Assembly: GCA_963804165.1 (NCBI GenBank)
Contig: CAWDPO010000001.1
Span: 125,381-189,380, forward strand
Length of the DNA stretch: 64,000 nt
Source: an uncultured delta proteobacterium
GTDB lineage: Bacteria > Desulfobacterota > Binatia > UBA9968
Reading direction: 5' to 3'
Positions 11,628 through 22,964 of this stretch are shown piece after piece; within the stretch, counting starts at the first letter, position 1; every line of letters begins with the position of its first letter. A program made the translations under genes and the position numbers. The notes beneath the pieces were generated by a model that was given only the letters and a program-made list of their open reading frames with translations, was not told where the DNA came from and ran no database searches.

Positions 11628-14600
11628 TTAGACCTTTTCGAAGTTCCAACCAAGTTCCAGCATGCCCGTGCGGTTATGTTCTTTAGCCTTCGCCGGGACC
11701 TTGTCGAGCAGTTCCTTGAAGTCGGCTTCATCTTTCGTAATCACATCCGGCTTCGTTTCGTCTGCAAGTTTGTATTGCGTTGTCTTTGCTATCTCTTTGT
11801 AGAACTCAAGTTCGAGCGTAGGCATCCGAGCTTTGAGCGCATCACTCATGCGGCGCTCAACCTCTTTGTAAGTTTTCTGCGCAGCTTGATAGGTCTCACT
11901 TGCGACGGTGTCGTCGCCGTGCTGCTTCCGATAATCTTTGAATGATTGTTCAGTCGAGACGAGCTCGGGAGGTACGTGTCGCTCGAATTCGTTATTCACC
12001 GCACCTGCCTGCGACGAACCTGAGGTGCCGCCAACGTCATCAGCCTCCGGCGTGATGTGCAAGCGTCCACTGCGGTGCGTCGATGCCGCGAGCGAAATTG
12101 TCGGCATCATCTTCCCACGAGTGGATGACGGGCCTTTGGTTTCGCCAACGAGGATTGCTTCCTTTTTGTCAGTCGCGTTCGGTTTTTCACTAATGTACTT
12201 AACCTCGTTGCCTTCCCACGTCAGCCCTGGATGGTTCCAGCTCTTCTTAAACGGCCGATGTGAGTTTGTAGGGGCAGATGAGAAGTAGTCGGCTATCAGA
12301 TATTGTGTGAGGTGATGCGACTCACGTCCCGGGCTCTTTTGGCTGTCGTCGTGTCCGTATTGGGCTAAGCGAAGTCCAACGTTCGGCTTCACGTCCTTGT
12401 TTGTCTCGGCGTAAATCTTCCAATGAGGCAGATCCTTTGGATCAAGTGTCGAGCCAGTGAGGGCATTCTTTACAAGCTCATCGACCTCTTTCTTGAAGAG
12501 GTAACTGAACATAAAGTCTTTCCCGAACAGAGCCCAGATGCCAACGACGATCCCTTTCTTCTCAAACAGCGCGCGGGTATGGATGCGAATCTTGGTGAGC
12601 TTGTCGTCATCCGCCCCGGGCCAAGCGTTCTTGACTGAGTCGATCCAAAGTGGCGAGCGACCGTCAATGTAGGGAAGGTAAATATTCAGGATCTTTATTT
12701 CTTTGAGCGGTTTTGTCTCATCGATGATCTCGACTTCCGTGCTGTCTGGGGCCGTTACCTTGGTGTGATTGAAGGAAAGGGAAAGCACAACACCTGTTTT
12801 TGCGATGATGTAGCCTTCGAGTGACCTCGCAAAGTGAGTTGGCTTGATGACCTGTTCGACGGCAGGAGTAGATTTCGCTTTCGTTCCCTTTGCCGGTTTC
12901 GGCACTGGAAGATCCATCAGCGATTCGAGCCCAATCTGAGAGGCAGCGATTCGAATAGGATCAGCGTAGATGTTGTTGTTGAGACGGCTGTGTATCAGCT
13001 TGACTGCCGCCGTAAAAACGTCGGGATATTTAAGGATTGTGGTGTGCGATTGTAGGTTGGTGAGAACTTCAACCGTCTTGTCTACCGTGTTTGCTTCGCG
13101 TGTTTTTAGTTTCGCTTTCTTCTTCGTATCGAGGAGTTCTTGCCGACGTTTAATGTCGGGCAGATCCGTAATCGTGTGTAAGAGTTTATGGATAGTGAAT
13201 AAGTTAATTCCTGAAGGTTGGAGACCTCCGTCCTCCTCGTTACCAACATCGGGTTGGGTGGCCAGCCGTCCTCCTGACTCAGCGATCTGATCCGCTATTC
13301 GTTCGCTAGCAGGATCGTATTTCAGTCCCATTTCTGGTTGGCCGGAAATAGGAGCAGTGTCGTTTGCCCTGCGACGCTTACCGGTTTGTTGCAGCACGTG
13401 GACCAACTCGTGCTGAAACACTTTCGCGCCACGACCGCTATAAACCGAAAGGCCGGGTCGCATGAAGACATGACTGCCCGTGGTTAGAGCATCGGCGCCA
13501 AATGTGTCTGTCATTGCAGCCGACTCAGATCCCGTGTGGAGTCGAACGTGTTTTAACGAACGACGAAACACAGATTCCGCACGTTGTAGTACTTCAGGAG
13601 TGAGTGGCTGACCTGGGCCATGCGAAGGAACATGTCTCGGTCGGAAGCGCAGAGGTCGATCTCAGTGAGGGGTAGGGATTCGTGGTAGCCGCTGCGACGG
13701 GAACATCTTCAACGTAGTCTTCGTGCGTTTCCGGGAAGGGATCGCCTTCAGGAGTGATTGCGAGCTTGTTTGCTTTTGGGATCGGCTTGAACACCCCTCC
13801 GAGAGCCTTAGCTCCGAGCAAATCGTTTATCTTCTTTACGACGTCATCGCGCGTCTCATTGAACTTAGTGGCAATCTCAGGAACGACCTGTTCTTGCCAG
13901 TAGATGTTTGGATCCACTCCTGCCGCTACGATCTCCTCTGCAACACGCTCGTTGAAGAAGTCGAGTGCGCCTGTCTTTTGCAGAATAAACAGAGCGGCCT
14001 TACCTTTGAGTCCCAGGTTCTTCAAGATAAAGCCTTCAAGAACACTCATAGCGCTCGCAATTATCGGTGGAAAATCGAGAATCTTTTCTGGCAGCTGGAA
14101 TTCTTCGACTTGCCTCAGGATGTCGTGGAAACGATCACCAAAGCTCTCCTGCTGCTCCTTCAGTGTGTCCTTCAGTTCTTGAGCAACACCCTTTTTTCTG
14201 TCTTCCTTTGTGCCGATCTCGTAGATGGTTGTCGCGATCTTGGCTATGGTGAATATGTTGTCGGCAATAAACTGGAGTGCAAACGAGAGGACCGGCCGCG
14301 ATGCTGCGAAAGTGTGAAAGTCCTCCATCGGTACCTGGACTTTGTCGTGAAGTTTTCGCAGGGCTTTAGCGAACGCCTTACCCAAACGACGAAACGCGGC
14401 TACTGCTTTTTTCGCTTTTGCGAACTTGTCTGTACCGCCTGAACTCGGTTTCGGATCGGCAGTTTCACCCTTTCCTATCGTACTTTTGGCGAGCAGCGAG
14501 TCGAGACGCGGGTCACCAAATAGCAGCAGTTGTATGAGGTTCTCCGGATCCGCGGCGTCTTTTATTCGCGTTAACAGGCCTTCCATGATCTCGCGAATTC

Positions 14601-17600
14601 CACCCGCAAGAATCTCCTTGACCTTCTTCCAATCACCGTCTGCCCAAAACATAGCGATCGTCGCGAGGACACGCGCTGCGGCGATTCCCTGGCCCACACC
14701 GGGAATAAACTCCGCCAGATCAAGCATCGTGTTGACGTACCACTCGATGCCGGCTTGTATGTTTCCCATTGCGCTGCCAAAAGCAGCCCACGCAAGTCCG
14801 TTGTGTATGTCAGCGAGGATCTCCGCATCTGCTGGGCCAACTTGCTTGGCTTCAAGGAGCACGTTTTTCTTGTTAAAGACTCGAACTTCCAGAAGTTTCT
14901 CGTCTTTCGCCAGAACGAGAGGTGTCTTATCGTCAAGCTCGAGGAATTTAGCCTCGGCGTACCCAGTTGCCGCAGTCTTCGTCTTCTTTTTCTTCGATCC
15001 TTTTCCCTCCGGCGCCTGGCCAGCGGTGCCATAGCCGTAAGCTGGATGGTAGATGTAGTCGCGGAGGATCTTTGTGACCTCGTAGTGAACGCTCTTTGGC
15101 TCACCGAGTATTGATTGACCTTCGCGTGGGTAAAGCTTTTGGCCCACTGGAATCCCACTGCTGTAGGCCATGAACACTTTGAATCCCTGATCCTTCGCAA
15201 AGGCTTTGTACCCAGACTTCTTTTGTACACTCTCGCGAACAGCCTTGAAGTGACTGGTGACCGCCTTTAAAGAAGCAACTCGAGGATCGAGCCACTCACT
15301 CTTGTTTTCATAGTCAGGCAAGAAAACATGACGGGCCTTTGGGTCCATTGCCAGGAACGTCGGCAGGTACTTCACGGCTGATTCCATCCATCCGAGCCAT
15401 GAATGCACGACATCGAACCGGCTCTCATTTTCGAACGCCGCTTCGAGCTTTGGCGCGATCTCCAGCATCAACGCAGTCATCTCGGCTTCGACGTCCTGCT
15501 CTTCCAACATCGACACTGCCACAAAGAAGCGAACAACCTGCTCCAACGCCTTATTCGGCTCGTCGAAGGCTCGCGTATCGTCGTATTTTATGAGGTGTTC
15601 GATACTCCACTTGGCAATAATCTGACGATCAAGACGTGAGCCTTTCTTGATCTGAAGGAGTAACTGCTCCCATGCCCGCTCGCGCTCGCCCTCCAGAGCA
15701 GACGTGATGCCGGCTTGAAGAGTTCGAAGTTCGTCCTTCGTCATCTTCTCGTCTTTGAGCTGCTTGGTTATGCGTTCGCTCAGTTTCTTGAGCCACGTGG
15801 GGTCGTCTAATTGTTTTGTTTGCTCGAGCTTCTTTTGGTCGTCTTTGCCTGGCATGCCGGCAGCAACTTGGGCGTTGAGGAGATCGATCCCGCGAAACGT
15901 GGGCATCACGGTCCAGATGTAGGGGACGAACCACGCAAAGACCTTTCCAGGTTCAAATGGCAGTATCCATGTCAAGCTGGCGGTCTTGCTGTGTTCGTCA
16001 ACCTCGTGGAAGGAATAGTGGGACTTAATGAGATCATCAAACGATTCTTTGCTTCCCTCCTTGATCGCAAAGTCATACGACTTAACTGTCCAAAACTCTG
16101 GAAATGGCAGTTTCTTAACTTCTTTATCAGCTTTGCCGGCGACGAAAGGTATTAATCCGCCAGCCTCAACCCACAGCTTCTCTTCCGCATCGCTTGTTGG
16201 CGTTAACTCTTTGATTTTCCCGGCGACCGCCTCGTAGTAGGATTTGCGATACAGAAGCGCCAGGTGTGTTCCAGTTAACGGTTCCCACGACTTGATGGAT
16301 TGCACTTGCGAAAGGTCTTCAATTGGCACTTCTGGCTTGTGATGCCAGAAGTTGCCATCCTCATATGGCAGTATCGCAAGAAGGCTCGTTTTCTCTTTCT
16401 TGGCGAAGATTATTGTGTCTGCTTCTTCAACAACCTCGGTCCAATCAAGCGCTCTCCCAAGCCATTTCGCTCGACGTGCAAAAATTAGCCGTTGATGTAT
16501 ACGCTGATCGACTAGCGCGACGTTGGGATTAGTGTCCGGGCCTGCCGCGACCCAGGCAAGGAAGCTCATCCACTCACGCACCCAGATCGTCAACCAGATA
16601 TAAGCGATTACGTCGTCTGTTTTTTGCTCATAGAGAAGTTTCGGTTGCGGTTTCTCGAGGTGCTCCTGAGAAAAACTCTTCAGTCGCTCTACTAAAGCTT
16701 CAGCTCGAGCACGAAACTCATCCGTAGGGGCGGGGCTTTCTTTTCCTTTACCGGGCCGGTTCAACTCGCGTAAGACATGAATTATCTCGGCGGGAAACCC
16801 GCTCTTTTCACCGGCTGCCTTTACTGCTTTTAACTTCTTGGTGGCTTCGGCGAGAGCTTTTGCTTCACCCTTGTCTCGACTTTCGTGGAATTGAGTGAAC
16901 GTCTGATCAAGCGCGCTCTGTCGATCCCAAAGATCAATCGCAGTGGTGCCAATTCCTTTGACACGCGCTCCCAGTTTCTTTAAGAGTGGCTCCCACGCTT
17001 TTCTTGCATCGGTGTCAATTGCGCCAGTGGTGTCTTTAAAAATGTCCGCAGTTGATTCAAGAAACTTGGAGCCCCACTGCTGAACCCCATCAGCGTAGCG
17101 ACGCTTCAAAAAGATCTGTCGCTCATTGGTTTTTTTCTGCTCCGCGATCGCATTGTTATTTATCTCAATGCATTTCTTCATACGGAGCTCATCAAGTTCT
17201 CGTATTCTGAACAGCGCCTCGTAAACCCATTCGGAGCTTGACAGTTTTTTGTTTTCACCCAAGTTATCTGACAACTCGGAGGCGTGCTCGGTAATGGTAT
17301 CGGTGCTGGTGTCTCCCTCTTTCAAACCGTAACGACGAAGTGTCGGAATGGGCGCGCTTAGTGGGCCAAGAATGAAGACACCAATCAGTCGAACCCATTC
17401 TTCGATGTACCACGCAAGCACCGGATGTTTTTCAGCAGCCTTAACGAATACCTCCTCACCTTTATTTCGATCCTTGAGAACCGGAACAAAACTATTGGTC
17501 CACGCAGCCGTACGGATGCGAATGCCGCCTTTAAAGTCGTCGCGTTCGATAAGCTGCGATGCGAGTTCGAATTTTTCGTAGCGTTTTAGTGTGTCGAAGA

Positions 17601-18333
17601 GGAGACTCTCCGCTTCAGAGGGCCAATCCTTGATTTCTGGAAGTGATTCCTGGAAAAACGTATCTAGCGATGCCTTCGGATCGGTCATCGCAACTCGTTT
17701 AGCCAACGCCTTAACGACTTCGTCATACTTATCCTTTTGATCTTTCTTCTTCGGAGCGTGTAGTTTCTTCAAAGTGTCAAACGGAGGAATCGCAGCTTCC
17801 AATTGCACGAGTCGATTGCCACGTTGCGGCGTTGCTTTCATCATGCCGTCTGTCGACAGGCGTCCAGTCTGTTGCAACACGTGTGTTAGCTCGTGGGCGA
17901 TCAGCAGTTTCCCTTCACGACTCTGAGGCTTGAACTTTCCTCTCGCGAAGTAAACATCTCGGCCGCTGGCGAAAGCGTTGGCGCAATGCTCTTGGGCCGC
18001 ATGAGCCGCATCAGAATCTTCGTGAATCCGAACGGCGGCGAAATTTGCACCGAACGATTCTTCGAGTTCCTCTCGCAAATCTTTATAGAGCGGAAGGCCA
18101 GCGCTCGCAGGTAACGAAAAATCCGCTGCTCCAGTGGGTGTTATTCGTCGCGCCAGTCCTTTCTCACCAGCAACGAAGCGTTCGGCAATATCGTCGGCCT
18201 GACGTTCGAGACCGTCTGCGCGCTTCCGATTCGCTGCTCCGGCTAGCCCCGGTTTCGCCTTCATTTGCACACGACCATGGCCCAGCTGCTTGGGCGAAGA
18301 CCGAGTTGCTGTTTTGAATTCCGTCGTGTTCAT
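11628..18333 (-). CDS. Giant eCIS cargo/core protein with two DUF4157 domains and candidate C-terminal nuclease (one frameshift near 13660)
   Basis: The 1579-aa ORF starts with DUF4157 (FAAVRIHED...AHELTHVLQQ). The 647-aa ORF has a second DUF4157 (KHVRLHT...QHELVHVLQQ), and its frame extends upstream as GPGQPLTPEVLQRAESVF, overlapping the end of the first ORF. The two therefore probably form one gene of about 2230 aa. Confidence 0.75.
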
Positions 18334-18341
18334 CGAATGAG

Positions 18342-18572
18342 TTAATTCACCCTGCGTCGAATGTGCGCTGTCACGTCACTTGCTAACCGATCGATTGAGC
18401 TAGTGGTCGATCGAAACTTGATCGAGATTTCGTTAATGGACTTAGTACCGTTCGTCTCGCTCGAAGCTTCACTCAAGCGCTTCGCTACGAGTTCACCCAA
18501 CCGGCGACCTTGCTCGCACGTCAGACCAGAAGCGCAGATTCGAAACTCCCGAATGTGAACCTTGCCTCTCAC
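18342..18572 (-). CDS. Small eCIS-associated hypothetical protein
   Basis: 76-aa ORF overlapping the ATPase stop (GTGA). VHIREFRI...LAS.V...I pattern seen in small eCIS genes. Confidence 0.65.
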   Translation of the reverse strand: MRGKVHIREFRICASGLTCEQGRRLGELVAKRLSEASSETNGTKSINEISIKFRSTTSSIDRLASDVTAHIRRRVN

Positions 18573-20776
18573 GCAGCAGCCTCTTCTAATCGCAGAATCT
18601 TGTCGCGTTCGCGTGGTCCAATCGCTCGTCCTTCTTTCGCGAGCTCCCGATCAAGCCCGATGAGCAAATGACCAGCATTTAGTGATTTGCGCTCAGCTCG
18701 TGCCGCGAACAAGGCTGCCAGCACGGCAAACTTGATTTGCGCGCCCGTGACGTCGGTCGCGGTGCTGAGAAGTTCAATGGCCTCGGCCAACGACTTCGCC
18801 CGTTTTTCGTCCACCAACCCCGTAATGAGTTTTGTCCACAGTTTGCGTTGCAGTGCTGCGTCAGGTGGCGTGAGCTCCACGTGGTAACGAATGCGCCGCA
18901 GAAACGCTGAGTCGATGTTGGATTTGAGGTTGGTGGCGAGTACCGCGATTCCGGGATAACTCTCGATCGCCTGCAACAGAAATGCGGTGTCCGTATTCGC
19001 GAAGCGATCCTGAGCATCGCGGATCTCAGCCGATCTTCGCGCAAACAGCGCATCCGCTTCATCGAAGAAAAGCACAGCGTCGTTCTCAGCGGCCACGCGA
19101 ATCACTTGTTCGGTGTTCTTTGCCGTCTCACCTACCCACTTGCTGACTAACTGCGCGACGTTAACGCGACACAAATCCTTCGTCAGTTGGGCGGCGATCA
19201 CCTGCGACGCCATCGTCTTGCCAGTGCCTGATGGTCCACTAAATAGCGCCACTAAACCACGGCCTTGCGGAAACAATCGTTGTGCTTCCTCGTGCTGCCA
19301 AAACGAAACACGTTCTTCTGCTTCGAACGCGATTGCCTGGAGCACCCTCTTTACTCCGTCAGGCAATACCAGGTCGTCCCAGGTAAACGGACATTCGAGA
19401 ATCTGTGCGAGATTTCCAAACCGCAATCTCGCACTCTCGCGCACGCGCGCCGCGGCTTCATCAGGGGTCTGCGCGCCAAGATGGATCGCGCGCTTAATGT
19501 CTCCCGGCCAAACGCTGTGGTGTTCGGCAAGTTTGCGAACTTGTTCGGCCGGCCATTTCGCCGCCTTAGGTGACGACTCCCGCCACAAACGTTCGCGCGT
19601 GCTTGCTTTCGGAATCGAAAGACGCACAACCTTGTCGACTATGCCACTTGTCTCGGTCGGTTCAGACCCGGGTTCGCACAAGACAAACTGAAGGGGAAAC
19701 ATCGATTGATTGGCAGGCCACAGTTGCCGTGTTGCTGCATCACCTTTCCAGCCGAGGACCGTCGCATCAAGAAAAGCCTGTCGTTGCGCGTGCAGAAACA
19801 TTCGCTTCCAATTCGACTCGTCGGTTGAATCCAACTGGACCACGAGCAGTGGCATTCCTAACTCAGCCGAAACAGCCGCAGCAAACTGTCGTTTTCCGCC
19901 GCCGCTCGGAGCGACGACAACGACACGCATGCGAATACGTGCTTCGCTGGCAAGCGACTGCTTGATCCAGTTCAGAACTTCTTCAAAAGGCCACTCGGGC
20001 AACGTCGCGTTTTGCGATTCACCGATCGCAGCTACGCCGATCAGTAACTCATCGAGACTACTGCTGCCTTCCAACCACTCCTTGATGTGCGGATCGCAAA
20101 CGAGGGCTAACGGTTCACCGACGCCCGTATCGCGCCGTTGAATCAATTCCCAGCGAAACACATTCATTTCTGGTGACCAGTTCACTTCACCGTTCAGTCG
20201 TAGCAGTCGCGCGGCGAGATCTTCCGTCAGATACGTCCTGCCTGAGTGGTCCTGCAGATATGCGCACACACGACTTAGTGAACTGTCCATAGCGACGGCT
20301 GCTGCAAGCTTCAGCAAGTCGAGTTCTGCCGGAGACAAACCAAGCACGCGGGCAATGCGCGCGAAGCGAGAGTTCTCCAATTCATCTAACTCGCGTTTGA
20401 TTGCGTCTGCTTCCGACAGCCAATGACGAACGGGTTCCTGACTCTGCGCCCACTCCGTTTCAGCTTCGAGCGAATCCTGATTAGCAAGAATGGCGGCGAG
20501 CTCAGCGTGAGTGACCGTTGCGCGACCATCGATCGATCCGTCGTTAATCCAGAGATGTTGCAACCACGCTCCCCGACAACGCGCAAGCAAGCGGAACCAC
20601 GCAAGCAACAATTCGCGTTCTCTCGCCGACGATTCGACCGGCGCAGTTTGATATTCGATTGGCTGCGACCCCGGTTTGCGCCTTCGCTTCGTTGACGCGC
20701 GCGTCGCTTTCGTCCCTTTCGCCCCTTTCTGGCGCGACGATGCTTTTCTCTTTTTTACTGCTCGTTTAGCCATCAT
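18569..20776 (-). CDS. eCIS AAA+ ATPase (Afp15/Pvc15-like)
   Basis: Walker A GPSGTGKT, LVSKWVGETAKN, Walker B LFFDEADALF, DRFAN, ATNLKSNIDSAFLRR. Also a degenerate first AAA module. Confidence 0.93.
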   Translation of the reverse strand: MMAKRAVKKRKASSRQKGAKGTKATRASTKRRRKPGSQPIEYQTAPVESSARERELLLAWFRLLARCRGAWLQHLWINDGSIDGRATVTHAELAAILANQDSLEAETEWAQSQEPVRHWLSEADAIKRELDELENSRFARIARVLGLSPAELDLLKLAAAVAMDSSLSRVCAYLQDHSGRTYLTEDLAARLLRLNGEVNWSPEMNVFRWELIQRRDTGVGEPLALVCDPHIKEWLEGSSSLDELLIGVAAIGESQNATLPEWPFEEVLNWIKQSLASEARIRMRVVVVAPSGGGKRQFAAAVSAELGMPLLVVQLDSTDESNWKRMFLHAQRQAFLDATVLGWKGDAATRQLWPANQSMFPLQFVLCEPGSEPTETSGIVDKVVRLSIPKASTRERLWRESSPKAAKWPAEQVRKLAEHHSVWPGDIKRAIHLGAQTPDEAAARVRESARLRFGNLAQILECPFTWDDLVLPDGVKRVLQAIAFEAEERVSFWQHEEAQRLFPQGRGLVALFSGPSGTGKTMASQVIAAQLTKDLCRVNVAQLVSKWVGETAKNTEQVIRVAAENDAVLFFDEADALFARRSAEIRDAQDRFANTDTAFLLQAIESYPGIAVLATNLKSNIDSAFLRRIRYHVELTPPDAALQRKLWTKLITGLVDEKRAKSLAEAIELLSTATDVTGAQIKFAVLAALFAARAERKSLNAGHLLIGLDRELAKEGRAIGPRERDKILRLEEAAA

Positions 20777-22089
20777 GGCACTTGCACCCAGCGCGGCGAG
20801 TTCTCAGCGCCGTTCACAATCACGCGCAACGGCAACGTCGATCCGCTGTTCAGGCCGACAATCGGAAACTGAATTCGAATTTGCGTCGCGCTCGTAATTT
20901 CGAAATGGCCCGCCGTTAAGGCGAGTGTCGGTTCGATAGGCACAGGCTCGCCACCAACGATCACGCGAACGTTCTCTGGTCGAACGTCAGCGTGTTGGAA
21001 CACAGCACCGTCCACCGTCACGATGTTGCCGACTGCTGTCGCAACAGTGTTGTAGGGAGGATTTGTAATCTGTGGCGCTACAACGAAGGGGACTTCGTTA
21101 GAAGCCTGCGGGAATGCGCGCATGCTACCGTCAGGCATTTGGCGAACCTGAGTGACGCGCGCGGCGGCAGTATAGAAGCCTGGAGCAATGTCTTCTGCGC
21201 CTGCGCGCTGATTGACCTGCGCCAGAATGAAATCGGTTCCTGCAACTACACCCCAGTCAAGACCAACCTCTTGCGGCGTATTCCAATCAGGTCTTTTGAT
21301 TAGGAGTGTTGTCGAGTCGCCTGCGAGATCGGTGCCCTCGAATGCAATGTTTTCACCGATCGCTGCTTCGCCTGGTCTAACATCCACAGTTCGATCAGCA
21401 ACTTCACCTGGTATGCGAAAAGTAACTGTGGCGCGGCTGGTATCTAGACGAGGCGCGCCATTAACAAAAATCTGGATACCGTAGCGAAGCACGCGTCCGC
21501 TAAGTAACTGGGGACGATCAGGTTCGAGGAGCGTTGCTGTGACTTCGTAATAGGCGGCGAGTCGAACAGCCTGTGTGCCAGCTGTCCAAAAGTTAGAAGC
21601 TTCGTTAGGAGCAATGTTTCGCTTAGAGATGCGAAAGACATTGTCTGTGTCTTGCAGTTCGGTAGGAAAGATCAAACCGCCGAACGACGTGTTTCGATCG
21701 AGACTGGGAAAATCGTGCAACGTCTTCAGCGCGAGACCGAACAGCCGTTGCGCTCGAAGCGCGGCAGCATGAGGGTTGTTCATTAGCTCGGCAGCAAGGA
21801 CGAACAGCTGATACTGAAGAATGACACCCATGGGCGTGAAGCGAACCGGCGGCTGATCTCTGTACACAGGCGGAAGGTTTTTAACGTGCGGATCTTCGTG
21901 TGCGTAGTAGAGAAACATTCCCAGCGCCTGGTCCGCAGTAAAGGTTGTAGACGGCGAAACCCCGGTGTAGGTAATCGCCGGCGCCGGGTTTGGCGCGAAG
22001 AATGCGGCCCAAAGAGGATCGACCCGCACCCGTAAGAGGTTCAGGAGTGTCGTCGTCACCAGTGATAAGTCGATTAACGGCATTGTCAA
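20773..22089 (-). CDS. DUF4255/Pvc16-like sheath terminator with C-terminal IPT/TIG-like domains
   Basis: LSLVTTTLLNLL...LGMFLY...EDPHVKN...ALKTLHDFP...AAYYEVT, followed by beta-rich Ig-like C-terminus ending LRVIVNGAEN. Confidence 0.85.
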   Translation of the reverse strand: MTMPLIDLSLVTTTLLNLLRVRVDPLWAAFFAPNPAPAITYTGVSPSTTFTADQALGMFLYYAHEDPHVKNLPPVYRDQPPVRFTPMGVILQYQLFVLAAELMNNPHAAALRAQRLFGLALKTLHDFPSLDRNTSFGGLIFPTELQDTDNVFRISKRNIAPNEASNFWTAGTQAVRLAAYYEVTATLLEPDRPQLLSGRVLRYGIQIFVNGAPRLDTSRATVTFRIPGEVADRTVDVRPGEAAIGENIAFEGTDLAGDSTTLLIKRPDWNTPQEVGLDWGVVAGTDFILAQVNQRAGAEDIAPGFYTAAARVTQVRQMPDGSMRAFPQASNEVPFVVAPQITNPPYNTVATAVGNIVTVDGAVFQHADVRPENVRVIVGGEPVPIEPTLALTAGHFEITSATQIRIQFPIVGLNSGSTLPLRVIVNGAENSPRWVQVP

Positions 22090-22949
22090 AAGCGACTGAA
22101 TCCGAAGCGGTGGGCCGACGGAACTCCAGCGCGTGTTCTTCTGCCACCGCCGATCACGACGACTTGACGTTGCGGCGTAACCACTGGTGTTGGCGCCGGC
22201 ACGATTTCAACAGACAGTTTTCCGATCACTAGCGACGGTGCTTCGTCGGTGGGTTCAGAAACTCGCGCCTGCGGAGTTGGAGGTTGCAACCGCGTGGCAG
22301 TTTGAATCGGCCTTTCTGATTTAGTCGCATGCTGTTGACTATGGTCTTCCTCACTTTCCGCTTGTTCGCGCTTGCTCGAGCGACGTTCAAACAAGCTGGC
22401 GATGAACGAATCAGCCTTTCGCAGGAGGACTGCTTGCTCGCTCTCGATGTTCACTAAACGGTCGGTCATTTCGTCATCGTGCGATGACTGCGACACTTCT
22501 GTTTCCTTTGAGGGAGTAGTTGGAACAAGACGCGGAGACGTGTGCGCTTCTGGTGATATCTGCTGCGGTTCGACGTGCGTAACCTTGCGAGTCTCGAAAA
22601 GGTCGCGCGGTGGAAGCTCAGATTCCTTGGTAGCTCGAGTTATCGGTTGCTCTGGTTCAGTCGAAGGTGGCGCAACGATGGTCGAGCTCTTGGGAGTTGG
22701 TGTGACAGTCGACTCGGTCTGAGGTCTTAGCTCGGTAGTTTTTGACGACGATTCTGAAACAGCGTTGCGTTCAGCCGGTAGTCGATCAGACGACGGGCTA
22801 GTGGGCCAGACAGTGGAATGATGCGTCGTGTCGGGCGAGGTGACAGTCGCCTCGAATGGATCGTGAGCCCTGCGAGCGTTGACGGATTTGGGTGCCGGTG
22901 CGTTTGCGAGTGTGGCGCGAGCGGCCAATTTTGCGAAATAGCTTTTCAT
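22086..22949 (-). CDS. Low-complexity Ser/Pro/Thr-rich eCIS protein
   Basis: MKSYFAKLAARA start, disordered middle and LVIGKLSVEIVP C-terminal motif. Overlaps the DUF4255 gene start. Confidence 0.7.
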   Translation of the reverse strand: MKSYFAKLAARATLANAPAPKSVNARRAHDPFEATVTSPDTTHHSTVWPTSPSSDRLPAERNAVSESSSKTTELRPQTESTVTPTPKSSTIVAPPSTEPEQPITRATKESELPPRDLFETRKVTHVEPQQISPEAHTSPRLVPTTPSKETEVSQSSHDDEMTDRLVNIESEQAVLLRKADSFIASLFERRSSKREQAESEEDHSQQHATKSERPIQTATRLQPPTPQARVSEPTDEAPSLVIGKLSVEIVPAPTPVVTPQRQVVVIGGGRRTRAGVPSAHRFGFSRF

Positions 22950-22964
22950 CAGAAAAGATGCGCA

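Noticed and set aside
13594-13680. Programmed frameshift between the two DUF4157 ORFs
   Set aside because: No slippery heptamer is evident, and background indel errors are common.
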